Shown: piece after piece, positions 1-11,789 of the stretch | Layout: each line of letters opens with the position of its first letter | Position numbering within the stretch: the stretch's first letter is position 1 | NCBI GenBank assembly: GCA_012026655.1 | Contig: JAAILG010001070.1 | Location: 1-64,000, forward strand | Direction of reading: 5' to 3' | DNA length: 64,000 nucleotides | Source: Hydrolagus affinis | Taxonomy: Eukaryota | Made by a program: the position numbers and the translations under genes | The notes under the pieces: generated by a model | What the model saw: only the letters and a program-made list of their open reading frames with translations | The model's database searches: none | What the model was told of the DNA's origin: nothing

Positions 1-212
1 ACGTTAGACTGACTGGTCTGTAGTTACCAGGCTTGTCCTTCTGCCCCTTTTTATACAAGGGAGTAACATTAGCTATCCTCCAGTCCTCTGGCACGACCCC
101 TGTGTCCAAGGAAGATTGAAAGATCGTGGCCAGAGTCTCTGCTATTTGCTCCCGTGCCTCCCTTAGTAACCGAGGGTGCATCCCATCCGGACCAGGTGAC
201 TTATCCACATGC
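1..212 (-). mobile_element. CR1 LINE ORF2 fragment (truncated by window edge)
   Basis: Minus-strand translation HVDKSPGPDGMHPRLLREAREQIAETLATIFQSSLDTGVVPEDWRIANVTPLYKKGQKDKPGNYRPVSLT is the typical CR1 pre-RT segment. Confidence 0.92.
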
Positions 213-474
213 AGCACCAGAACTGAAATGATAGCCCAAAGTTTTGATATGCTGTGAATTCACTCACCCATGAGAGTGCCCTCATCTATTTAATATGAAC
301 AATGACATACTTTGTATTAACTAACCCACTAACTGGTTTACCTTTATGATGCAAATATGATGAATTAAGCAAAAAAGCTGACTGGGTTGCCTTGATAATT
401 AAAAATCATTTTCATGTACAAATTGAAGCATTTAAAATGATTAATGGTGACTAATTTTTATTTTGTTTCATCAG

Positions 475-3400
475 AACTGGGTTGTGAGTAAATTTGGGAG
501 AGTATTGCCAATTCTTCATCTCAGACCAATTGGCCAGAACAAAATATCCTTTTATAAGTGTAAATTGTAACAATTGTATGTACCTACTGTAATATTCAAA
601 TGATCAAAAAGTTCCTTAATTCACTTTACATTATAAAATATGATCCTTCCAAATATTGCCATAACATCAAGAAACTAGATAATTCATCAGAAACTCAAAC
701 TCCAATTTCCAAACTTACCTGGAAAATGGAAGAGCAAGACGATGAAATCAGCAAGAAACGCCGAGGGGACTTCACAGCTCGTAAATGCACTATAAAAAAC
801 AAGGCTTCAGTCAATGATTGTAATAAGGGCCATTCCAGCACCTCTTCCATTGAGAGCAAGGTATACACAAAGAAAGTGTCTTCAGCTGCAGCAAAATATA
901 ATGCTCACAGAGAATCTGCTAAAGGTCAGTTGGTGGTTCCGAAGAAAAAGGAATTAATCGCCTCAAAATCTGACTCCGAAAAGAGAAACGTGAGCACCAA
1001 CACTAATAAACAGAATATCTGGTCAAAAACCTGGACGGCACGGAATGATTCGGAGTCTGAGGAAGAATTAAAGTTATTGATTGAAACTGAGAAAAATAAA
1101 ATGAAAGAACTTGGCCAGAAGACAGCAGCCACACAGGATGTGTATCACTTAGAGGTGGTTGGCGAGGACTACATTCCGAAATACAATTCTCATTGGTCAT
1201 TAAATGTGTCTAAAGCTAGTGGAACTGATCAGAGAGCAGCCGCAGATGATGGTGAGTATGATTCAGCAGACACTGATGAAATTATAGCTGCTAAAAGGAC
1301 ACCAGCCAAAATAATACCCAAGATGAAATCTAGTGGAGAAGAAAAGTCTATGACAAACAACAATTGTCAGAAGGAGACGTGTGAGTTAATTAGCAACAGT
1401 GATGAAGAGTCAGAAGAAGTTTCTTCAGAATCAAGTTTGGAATCTGATTATGAAGAAATGATGAGAAACTGTTACAGAATAGACCTATCACTTGCTGACC
1501 TTGAGCAGCTTGCAAATAATTCTTCCAAATTTAAAACAGAAAACAATGAAGATCGTTCACTGGTGCCATCCACTTCAGGTATTAAGATTGCCCAACACCT
1601 GCAAGCTGTGACAATAAATACTGTGTCACATTCTGCTAAGTCAGCTATTCAAAGTGAAGAGAGCAGTGAGGATGAAATCACAGGAAACAAAAGGCTGAAT
1701 GTTGTGCAATTGCCTCCTTTTCGAGGTACAAAGTGCCTCTCGGTAGTCCAGGAAACAAGTGCTAATGAAGCAGAGCAAACCACTGATCATTGTGTACTGA
1801 AGGAAAAGAGAAAAATCACCCAAGAGTCTTGCAATGATTCTACAAGTGCGCCTGTTCTCAAAAAGAAGAAAGTTAATAAGAAAAAGATTGAATCTGACTC
1901 TGACAGTGACATGGAATGTGGCTACAAACCGCCACCGTTTAGAGGAACTAAGTCTCTTCAGATCACACTCACTGCTGACCCTCCCAATCAGATGCTTCAT
2001 CCTAATCTACCTGAAAGTAAAGAAATTTCATGCAACTCCAATTTACTGAACCATGATGGAAGAAATGATTCCAAAGATGTTGAGGGTGGAAAGGAAACAA
2101 TAGTTCCTGTAAATTCAAGAGATTCTCAGACACTCAAAGCCACACCTGCCCAAGCCATAAACAGAATTGCTGTGTCAAATTGTTTAAAGAGTGAGAATGG
2201 CACAGTTTCTTCCAGCACTGAGGCTGCTGCTTGTCATGTTGTCTCGCGAATGGCTGGAAACATGGATAAACATTCACTGGACAATCAAAAAAGACTGGCT
2301 GCATTGCAACGGAGGCAAGAAGAAACCAAGATACAAAAGAATCTCATTAAGGGAGCCCTCTCCAATGTGGTATGTTGATGTTTGAGGAGGATAATAAATG
2401 TAAAATTTAAAGATAATCAGCCCCTTCCAAATTCAATATTCCTTCAACTGCATCTTGATTAGTCACCCATGCATTATATATCTATAAACAAGATTGGTTC
2501 GGATCAAAATAGCCCTTTGGCCTATTTAAGAACACTTTGAGAAGGTAGTTTCTACCATCACATTAATTGTATTAGTGTTTCCTGATTTCCTGGACGGGAA
2601 AAAAAGTCCAATTGTGTTTGGGCTTTATAATAATCCTTGCATTTGATATAGCGCTTTTCACATCTTCTAGATGTCTCAAAGCACTTCACAGAATATCATT
2701 TGAAACCCAAGAATATGTGGTTAGCTTATTAGGTGGATTGGCAAGCACATTTGTAAACAACCAGTTCTGAGTATTCTCTTGGATCCATTATGTCTGTCTG
2801 TTGCCGTCTTTTGTGACGGACAAACCCCCCAAAGTAATGGATTTTACTGTCCCAAACTGGAGGAGTTTGCGTGCGCAGCTTAAAAGGGAAGGAATTTAAC
2901 TTTGTTAACATTGTTAACCCTTGCTAACTGAAAACTAGTCTACGAGAAAAGTAACTGGAAAAACCTTAAATAAATATTACACCCATTTCCTTCCTACACT
3001 GGTCCTGAAGGAAAACTCACGTAGAGAGATCTCACAATGGTAAATGAAGGCGGCAGCATTCATATTCCCATGCAAAACTCCTCTGTAAAGTGACACCCTG
3101 TTGTATCATTGCTCCCATATACGACAATATATTCAGTACCCCAGAAGGCTGTAGATGCTCAGTGCTTGAACATTTTTTTTAAAAATAGAGGGATTAGGGG
3201 ATATGGGGGTAGGTAGGTAACTAGAGTTGGATCAGAAGATCAGCCATGATCTTATCAAATGGCGGGGCAGGCTCGAGGGGCTGAATGGCATACTCCTGCT
3301 CCTAATTCTTATCTTATGAAAGTCTGAAAAATATTATAATATTTTGAACGGATCATTTCCATAGGACAGTCTAAAACCTGGCTCTGGGAATCACATTGTC

Positions 3401-6400
3401 TTTGATTCTGAAGAGAGTGAAAATGAGCAAAATGAGGTGCAGAACAAGGTAATCCTTGAAGATGATTCTGAAGATGATGATTCTGAAGAGGAAGATAGTT
3501 CTGAAGAGAAAGATGGAATACCACAAGCAGAAGAAAGGGGAACGTCACAAGGAAAACTACCTGTTGCTGCAAAGGTAAGCGTCTCTCTTGTGTATTGACT
3601 AAAGTGAAAATCAATAAATTGCTCCAATGCTCTAGCACTTTGTGTTGGCATTATGTACTTCCAGGTTAGCATTGTGTGACTGGTAGAAATTAAAACTGAT
3701 ATTCTCATACTTTTCAATTTTTCTATACTTCCAGGAGTTTAAAATCAAAACTGTTGGAAAGTTGTTTGACAGTAGTGAGGATGAAGACATGAATATCGAT
3801 GATGAAATATTTGAGATTAAGCCACAGTTTGAAGGAAAAGCTGGTCAGAAGGTGAGCAATGTGCCCAGTTTAACAACTGCCCTGGTGAATAAAGAGCCTC
3901 CTTCAAATGAGCTTGTCATGTTTATTTTAATAGAAGTGGTTACAGCACTTACCCTCTCTAACCCCACCCCCCCCCCTCCTCCGACAGCGTCGCTGTTAAG
4001 CGCTCTGAGACACCATCCATCCTGCATGGAGGGCGCTATATAAGTGCAAGTTGTTTCTGTTGTTAGCTATAGGTGAAACACCCAACATATTTTAATCCAA
4101 TATAATCTATCCTCAATGGAAGGAGATTCCTTCTCAGTGAACTTGCAGAAGCCTGAAGAGTACAGCCTGAGCCCCGTACAACATTTTTGTCAATGTGGAG
4201 AAATGAGAATAGGTGGTCTGTATGCACACCCTGAACAACTGATGAGGAACTTAAAAGGGATAAGGAGTTTTATTTTAATAAATCTGGTTTTTTTTGTAGT
4301 TGTTGGCTTTACAGTCACGATTTGGGACAGATGAACGATTTCGAATGGATGAACGTTTTTTGGACAATGACGAGGAAAATTCAGGTAATCATGAGTTTTT
4401 TTTAATGTACAGAATAGTTTTACTCCAGGACATTACTTAATGTGTTGAGAGAAGATTAAAGAAAAGTTGAGTGGTTTGGGAACATTTAAATAATAAATGT
4501 AATATTTTTCTTACACAAGAGGCAGATACAGGCGAGAATCAGGCTGCTGAAAAAGATGAACTGGCTATGGAGAAGAAGAGAAATCTAGACATTTTACAGG
4601 GTCTTCTCAAAGTCAGTGTGAAAACGCCTGAACTCAACAAAGAACAGGCAAAGGCTAAGAAATTTAGGTATGTAATCACAACACTAAAAAAAATTATCCA
4701 CTATACCTAAAAACACATGACGTCTGCTCATAATGAGCCCCTGATATGGGTTAAAGTCTGATAGACTTAGTCAATAGAAGTGCTTGCTCCAGTGTTTCCT
4801 TCTGTCAACATTTGCCTCAAATCGTGCTGTCCTTTCAAGTAATCGAACAACATACTTTGTTGTACCTGTTTTAAAAAATATATATAATTGAATAACTTTC
4901 CTATGCTTTCTCCTTTCAGAGATGTCTCTGCTCTGCACTATGATCCCACACGAGCAGACCATGCAGTATTTGAAACCAAAGTAGAAACTAAGAAAGAAAG
5001 GTAATTCTGATTAACGAAATGTACATTAGTCATCCACAGCATCTGGAACTCAAGTATGCTTGAATTATCATTCTTTATCTCGCTCTTTCTTTAAAATTGT
5101 CTTTAAAGCATAATGCACTCACCCTGCTCCTCCATACATGCAAGCATTAGGCATTGTCCCTTTGTTTAATTTGGCCAAAGATCTTTTGACTTAATATATT
5201 ACTGAATAATAATCAAAAAAATATACAGTTGTTAACCCTGTTAAACAGATGTAGCTCTGTAGCTAACAAATCCTGTCCTAAATGTTCCAGCAAGGCAGAA
5301 AGAAGGAAAAAAAGAGAAGTGGCTGAAAAACTTCCTGAAGTGTCAAAAGAAACATACTTTGATGTTGCCGTGAATTTAAAAGAAATCTTCAGTTCAAGTA
5401 CTAAAGACGAAGGAAACACTGAGGAGAAGAAAGAAGATGATCAGCATCAAAAAGAAGCTGTAAAATTACATGAAGATTCAAGTGCCCAGAACATAGCTAG
5501 CGCCTTTCCTAATAATACTCCAAAGGAAGAATCTGCAGGATTTAAGTTTTCGTTCTTTGACATGGATGCCACGCTTACTGTTCCGAATAAAGGTAAAATA
5601 AATAGGGTGGCTTCCTTCAGGCTACTTTTTGTGGCCAGAAAAACTTTATAGACATCATAACAGCTAGAAAATAGCAGACTTGCCATTTCTTGTTGCTGTA
5701 GATGTTTATATTTATCAACAACATCACATTTGTATAGTAATTTGTATAGTAAATATACATTTGTATGGTGCCTTTCACGTTGGGAGGACGTCTCAAAGCG
5801 CTGGACAATGTTTCGAACTGGCAGTTAGTCATTTCGATTTTGGAGAATGGAACATTTTTTGAGATTCAAGTGTTTGTCTGCTTGAATCAGTGCCAGGCTT
5901 GTAATAGGGCAGATGCAAAGTGAGGCTCCTTTTGCTACACCCAGTCCATGGCCTAAGGAAATCATGCCCTAATTGGCAAATTTCGGGGCAGTAATCGGGA
6001 TGAGATCTGGCATAACGCACAACTAATTGTGATGCACGTAAATCGATTCTTCCCTATTCAGAGAAGCAGCTGATATCTGAATCTAAGCAATGGGGAATCA
6101 GACTTGTTCTCTGTGTGACAAGCTGACTTTATTTATGATCATCTTCTACTGTTTCAGAACTCTACAAGGCTGAGTCACTAAATGTAGCTAAAGTTTCCTG
6201 GATAGAAGATCCTCGATTCCAAGATAGTTCCTCTGAGGAAGAGGAAGAAGATTTGAAAGGTCAAGATGACACCATGGCACAAAGGTAAATCTAAACATAT
6301 TGTGTTTCAGTTTGTAAATGTACTGATCTTTTCTGTGGGTTACACTATTAAAATGATCATGTACCCAGCATAACCATTGTGAGGAATTCACATGGGTAAT

Positions 6401-7532
6401 CTAAGATTATGCAGAATTATAACAAGGTCTTAATTTGAGAACTGTTTTTCTGCAGTTGTTGAATAATCACTTTCTAAATTAAACTGAATTTAATAACTGC
6501 AATTTAAAATTCAAGACAAAAGATGTGCTAGAATTTTGAACCCTCTGAGGGTTTGATTGTGGCTGTGAATTGAGCACATTGTTAACATGCGACAGAGTGA
6601 TTACAGCGAGCCACTTGGCTTTGTTGATCATTTCAGAAATTACCTGTAATTAATTAGTGACATTGTAATGTGATAATAATAACTCATTGAAGAATATGCA
6701 TCCGGTTAAACCAATTCCTGACAAGTGTACAACTTGTCTTTGTTTGGCAGGGAGTTTGATTTCACTGTGTTTTGATGTTCAGGGTCACCTTGTGTCCTAA
6801 TGTTAACAATTTCAAAGGATCGTGGCAATTACATCCCTGTTTACCATAGTAACACCTTTTTTCTCCCATTTTATTTTAGTGTTGAACCACTTCTTGAGAA
6901 GAAAGTAAATTTGTTTTTCTTTTTTAAAGATGACCAGAGGCTAAAAGGTAAGCGGATCTGCAAGTCAATTAGAATTAATCCAAACCTGTTACAGTGCGTT
7001 ACAACATGTGCGTTAATGGACATTTCTGCAACTTCATAGTTTTAATAAATAAAATTTTATTTCTCTTTGTTTTGTTTAGATGGCCCTGAACTATTTTGTC
7101 ATACTGCAGACCTTGAAGTTCAAAGAGATGATTGGGAAGAAAAGCGAACTTCATTAATTGAGGTACCCAGGTGTTCTTTAATTATTTTTTTTATTGGGCA
7201 AGGTGCAAATGGCAGAGATTAATCTGATTGTATTTTCACCTTGGTAGTTAATGTCAGTAGTTGCATGTAGTAGACACATTTTAAGAACCGAGTGAGTCTA
7301 GTGGGATTCAAAATCTCTGGTCGGTGCTCAGCTGACCGAGTGAACCACGTGGGGTGTGTATTTATATTAGCTTTGCTTGAGGAAGATAATGTGACATTTT
7401 GTAACATTGTCTAAAAGATGTTCTTGAATTTTTCTTCCCCTTTTTCAGGAATACAGAAAAAAGCACAAAGATGCACGGAGGAAAGTAAAAGATAAACGAT
7501 ATATGGGAGTTTTAGGGGAGATGTATAAGTGA
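475..7532 (+). CDS. NOL8: Nucleolar protein 8, 3' portion (5' RRM exons lie upstream of the window)
   Basis: Phase-consistent exons: 475-543, 630-2369, 3365-3574, 3735-3851, 4300-4384, 4520(or 4526)-4667, 4920-5000, 5291-5592, 6158-6284, 6880-6947, 7080-7162, 7449-7532 (TGA). NOL8 motifs NWVVSKFGRVLP, IIKYDPSKYCHN, DNQKRLAAL, HIVFDS, KPQFEGKAGQKL, FGTDERFRMD, HYDPT, EDPRFQDSSSEE, RKKHKDARRK. Tandem upstream of IARS1 as in human. Confidence 0.93.
544..629 (+). other. NOL8: U12-type (minor spliceosome) AT-AC intron of NOL8
   Basis: 5' site ATATCCTTT at 544, branch site TTCCTTAAT at 612-620, terminal AC at 628-629; removal joins ...GQNK to IIKYDPSK in frame. Confidence 0.9.
630..2369 (+). CDS. 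NOL8: NOL8 large internal exon (1740 nt, low-complexity acidic/basic region)
   Basis: ORF 600-2378; bounded by AC acceptor at 628-629 and GTATGT donor at 2370. Confidence 0.92.
2627..2696 (-). mobile_element. SINE 3' tail fragment (same family as 63495-63807)
   Basis: ataataatccttgcatttgatatagcgcttttcac...cttcacagaatat is the reverse complement of the family tail. Confidence 0.8.
3188..3318 (+). mobile_element. CR1-type 3' end remnant
   Basis: gatcagccatgatctt...aatggcggggcaggctcgaggggctgaatggc...tactcctgctcctaattcttat; second copy at about 53716-53835. Confidence 0.75.
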
Positions 7533-7834
7533 CGTGCTAAGAAAGCAAGGAAATACGTCAGATCATAAACGGGTCTGTTTGCATTTGACAATTTGACCTT
7601 GTATTAGTTGATACTGTACATCATTTTAACTTCATCATGTCCCAGTGTATCACCACATCTCTGAAAGGTGAGAGCTCCTGATCTTTGCCAAGTTATCGTG
7701 AAAACCTCTTTACCGCAATGGAAAAACAATGAGCAGAACACACCGCCGCTAACACAGTCAAGGGGATATTGAGAATTGGCACCTGCTCAGGAGATGGTGA
7801 TGGAAGAAGATAACAACTACAGCTAGCTAACAAT

Positions 7835-7992
7835 CCTTATCACAGTATTGAGACCCCTCAAAATGATTTCCAGGGACAGAGAAACTCTTCTCTTTTCAAC
7901 CAGTTCCATGGGATAATTAACATCCACTTGAGCAGAGAGATGGGACCTCAATTTAATATCTCGTCTGAAGGATGGCACTTCCGACTATGCAA
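7835..7992 (-). mobile_element. Deu-domain SINE remnant in the NOL8 3' region
   Basis: Reverse complement resembles the Deu core (gtcggaagtgccatccttcagacgagatattaaattgaggtccc...gtggatgtt...atcccatgg). Confidence 0.6.
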
Positions 7993-8299
7993 CCCCCCTC
8001 CCCCTCCATCACTGTAATAGTTTGCATACAAGTAATCACCACACTTTATACCCTGTGAAGTGCTTTGGGATGATCTGCTGTGAAAGTGGCTTTACTAGCT
8101 TTAAGTATCATTTATTAAGTCCATGTGTATTACTGTATCTACTTCAGATTGGCTGCTGGGGGAAAGTCAGGTATTTGATTATATTGCTGGTATCAAGCCC
8201 TTATCCCTTCACTGATTCTAGTCCCCAACACAGGTGTGTGAACCCTAACCAAACCAGGGTGGCCTGAAGGCTTGTGCTGAATGGGAAAATTTTCTATTG

Positions 8300-8404
8300 T
8301 AAAACAAAAAGAGAAATGGCTGGGAACACTCAGCAGGCCAGGCAGCATCCATGGAGAGAGAAAAAGTGAGTCAACGTTTCGTGTCCACGACCCTTTGTCA
8401 GAAC
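8300..8404 (-). mobile_element. Penelope-like element terminal repeat remnant with degenerate minimal hammerhead core
   Basis: gctgggaacactcagcaggccaggcagcatc...aacgtttcg...ccctttgtcagaac; the minus strand reads CTGACAA-AGGGTC-GTG-GACAC-GAAAC; related fragment at about 20865-20955. Confidence 0.6.
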
Positions 8405-9497
8405 TCAAACATTTTCTATTATAACTTGGCCATTATGTGCCTCCAGTGCCTTGGGACGGCCGCCCATCTGAAAGGTGCTATACAAATGTCATTTTGTTGT
8501 TTTCATTTGTTTGTATTAAAAAAAAGCTTTGTGTACAATGCATTTTTCCCACTACACCAGTAGGAGAGCTGACCAAAGACTATTGTATTTGCCAATTTAC
8601 AGTTGCAATGCTGATTATGTATATTGCAACCCCTAGTTTTATTAACCGTGTTGACATGCATTCTGTATGTGTTTGCTGATGCAGGATTTAGGAGCCTGTA
8701 AAGCCTGACTGTTTTTATAGTAACTTGCATCATCTTTGACTTGACTAAGCAAACCAGTATCATGGACATGCGCCTGTGGCTTAAAGTGACAGCAGCAGCT
8801 GCAATCGCACGTCCAGTGCTTGAAGGGAGAGGTGATGCATTGATTGACAATTCTTGGATTATTTTGTAACATTGGAACGCATTTAATTTGAGATGGGATG
8901 TGAGAAAGGTGCAGTAATGAGGTGCATTTATTCCTGCAAAAATTGATCTTGGGACTAACATTTGATGAAAGGCAGGAATCACTTGATTTTTAATTAAAAC
9001 AAAATGGGGGTAGATGTCGATCATAATCGCTGCTGCGCGAATAAATCTGAAAAGTTTGTATAATACAGTATATCCAAATGCTAAAGTTGACCCTGCAGTA
9101 ATGTGAGCCAAAGGCACTGATAGTTGTAACCAGATCTCATTAAGCAGCAGTCAGCCATGTGAGACAAGTTCTAACTTGTTAACGAGTAACGCCCGTTCTC
9201 GCTGCTGAGAGGGAGAGTATGAAAATGTCCTGTGTGTAGTGATCATGTTGAAGGATTTCTCTTCCTTTCTCTGCTCACTGGACGAATCCCATCGCAGAAA
9301 AGCAGCGGAAGCGGCGGCTCGTGTGATTGACATGAAGGGGATGGGGAGATACACAACTGCTGCAGCTCTGTACAGAAAAACAACTGGAGCTTCAGTAAAG
9401 CTGCCGACAGCCACAATCACTGTGGTCACTTCGCTCTGCATTGAAATCTACCAGCCCACATCCCTCTCAGCCTCACTTGCACATTTTAAAAAGCTCA

Positions 9498-9503
9498 AAT
9501 AAA
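9498..9503 (+). terminator. Candidate polyadenylation signal for NOL8
   Basis: AATAAA followed by a U-rich tract; another AATAAA lies near 9040, so usage is uncertain. Confidence 0.4.
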
Positions 9504-9782
9504 CATTTTCTCCCGAAGCTTAAACATTAATTGTTCCATTTTTTTCCACCATCTTTGAAAGTGAGCGTCTGGTGTCAAAAGTAAATATCTACCCCCCCCC
9601 CCCCACACACACACACGGCGGCTCCTCGAGGTTTCACTACAAATCTGATTTTTTTTTAAAAACAGCAACGTGTATTATGAAAGCTGACGGTATTAAGCAA
9701 GAGTCTATTCACACTCTAGCTGCAAACTGAACTAAGCGGTTTATAGGGAAAAAAACAGGAATACAACCATAAAAAAACAGGT

Positions 9783-9788
9783 TTTATT
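9783..9788 (-). terminator. PolyA signal of the CCER1/HEXIM-like gene
   Basis: AATAAA on the minus strand about 170 nt after the stop, followed by U-rich sequence. Confidence 0.65.
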
Positions 9789-9958
9789 AACAAATATACA
9801 AAACATTGGTCACAACCGCGGTACAATGTTGAGGTGGTGCCTTCATCTGTGGCCAGGGAGTTTGACACCCCCGCACACCCCACACACAGCCTGGATCGAT
9901 TTACAGATTTCCCCCTGAAACCGTGTGTATAATAAACCTCCCAATGTCAGCCTCACAT

Positions 9959-10537
9959 TCACACCAGGGCGCTCCAGAAGGCGGCGAAGTCGCGCTGCAT
10001 GAAGTGTTCACTCTCTATCACATCGTCTTCTGACGGGAAGTACTGCAGGCTCTGGTCCTGATCAATCGATCCGAAAAACCTAATACGGAACCGATTGTCC
10101 TCGGCCAAAGGAGGCGTGGCGCAGTCCAGGGCGCCCCGGGCATTCTCCAACACCCCCAGGTAGGCGTCAATGTCCAGGTCCAGCTCCACCTCGTCAGCCC
10201 CGCTGTCGCTGCCGGTGGAGTCTGACCTCATGTGCATCAGCTGGTATTTCTCGTGCATCAGGAACTGGTTGGTGTTCCTGGGCGCCCGGTTGCCCCGCAG
10301 GTTGACCGGCCGTAAAGCCACCCCTTGGGGGCGTGTTGACGGCGCCTGTCCATGGCCACGGCCGCCACCCACTCTAGGGATTTTACCGAACTCCGCCCTT
10401 CTCCGCCGCCTGTGCCAGCGAGGCTTGCCCCGGCCTCTCCGGGGTGGCTCTGCTCTACTCCCGCAGCCTGGCTTGCCCACATCTGACCGCCCTTCCCTGG
10501 CCTCCCACTCAGCAGCACCTTCTCTGCTGCCAGACAT
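9959..10537 (-). CDS. Intronless CCER1-like / HEXIM-related protein, 192 aa
   Basis: ATG-initiated GC-rich ORF; basic RWHRRRRR, LRPVNL-RAPRNTNQFLM (cf. CCER1 RPV-L...RAPPNTTQFIM and HEXIM APYNTTQFLM), acidic region, C-terminal SEHFMQRDF (cf. HEXIM1 SEFLQRDF); flanked by a promoter and a polyA signal. Confidence 0.8.
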   Translation of the reverse strand: MSGSREGAAEWEAREGRSDVGKPGCGSRAEPPRRGRGKPRWHRRRRRAEFGKIPRVGGGRGHGQAPSTRPQGVALRPVNLRGNRAPRNTNQFLMHEKYQLMHMRSDSTGSDSGADEVELDLDIDAYLGVLENARGALDCATPPLAEDNRFRIRFFGSIDQDQSLQYFPSEDDVIESEHFMQRDFAAFWSALV

Positions 10538-10893
10538 TCCTGCCGTGCTGTGTGACTGCGGCGCTTATCTGTTCACATGCTCTGTAGGGTTGGTTCCGTG
10601 CCCGCAAGCACCTGAATTCAGTCTACCTTTTGACTACAGTCTCTGACTTTTTCTTGCCCCAGCGCCTCTTGCAGTGCATGCCCTGCTGTGACTGCTCTTT
10701 ATAACTCGCACCAGCCTTAGGCTTAATAACAAAAACAAGTGAGCGCTCGCCTCTGTCTCCTCGGAGAATACTTGTAGAGATAAAACAGCTGCTTAAAAAA
10801 AACAATGTGTGAGTGTGAGCTGGCCTCTGCTGCAAAATAACAGCCTCAGACACAAGCTCAGCGTAATGAGAGTCGCTCGTCTTCGGGCAGCTC

Positions 10894-10945
10894 TTTATAA
10901 ATACCCCCACAGCCCCGCCCCCACCCCAGCGCCGTCTCCGCCAAT
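10894..10945 (-). promoter_or_regulatory. Core promoter of the CCER1/HEXIM-like gene
   Basis: Minus-strand TATTTATAAA (10894-10903), GC box GGGGCGGGGC (10912-10921), CCAAT (10941-10945) in canonical order. Confidence 0.65.
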
Positions 10946-11789
10946 CAGCCAGCGAGGCCCCTCGTGGACCAGTCCATGTGCTGCAGCCCTCGGGGGGGGG
11001 GGGGGGAAGAGAACGCCTCTGATTAAATATTTCTAGTTCTTTTCATTTGATTTTCATACAAAAAAAACCAACATTCTACAAATCGATATCTTTCAGTCAC
11101 CTCTCCCCTCCCTCAGGCCAGAGAGCCTTTTGTCAACAGTGTCAGGGTCAGAAAGCAAATTCCTCCCTTCCTGCCTCTTTGTGCAGTTGCTCTGGTCCTG
11201 TGTGTAGCCCCCCCGCTCCCCATTTAATTTAACTTTACTGGGCTAAAGTTATTTGTGTAAAGTTTGTTGTCATATGTTTTGAAAGTTAAATGTTAAACCT
11301 GCATTGGCAATTGTTTGCAAAGGTGATTTTTTTTTGCCAAAAGAAACGGATTGGTTGGTGGTGGTTGCCTGGTTTGGACCAGCTCCATTTCTTACGTGAC
11401 TCTGAGCTGCTCTGTGCTTTGTTTACAAGAACATTTGGAGGCGGGGGCACGGCTTGTGAACTACTGTCCTGTACAGTGCTGCACACACGGTCACGTTTCC
11501 CACAGTTCAACCCCAAGCACTTTGAATGCAGTTGACAACAAAATAATTTGCAACTTCTCTTTGGGTGGTTGGGGGTGAAATGATTTTGTTTAACGTAGGG
11601 GGAGGCAGATGGAGGTTTGGGAAATGGCAAATGAAGCTGAGACAGACAAAATATGGTGTTTGTTATGGACCAGATTTGGGGTATGAAACACCATGCTCGA
11701 TAATAATTATAATATTTAATAATCAATCAAAACTTACATTTGTATAGTGCTTTTCACGTCGAGAGGACGTGCCAAGGCGCTGTTCAGTT

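Noticed and set aside
600-629. ATG at 600 as the start of a 592-aa standalone protein
   Set aside because: It lies inside the AT-AC intron; the ORF is an internal NOL8 exon
8503-9117. 204-aa minus-strand ORF
   Set aside because: Non-ATG start, no recognisable motifs, composition like non-coding DNA
10170-10646. 158-aa plus-strand ORF
   Set aside because: Antisense shadow of the GC-rich CCER1/HEXIM-like CDS
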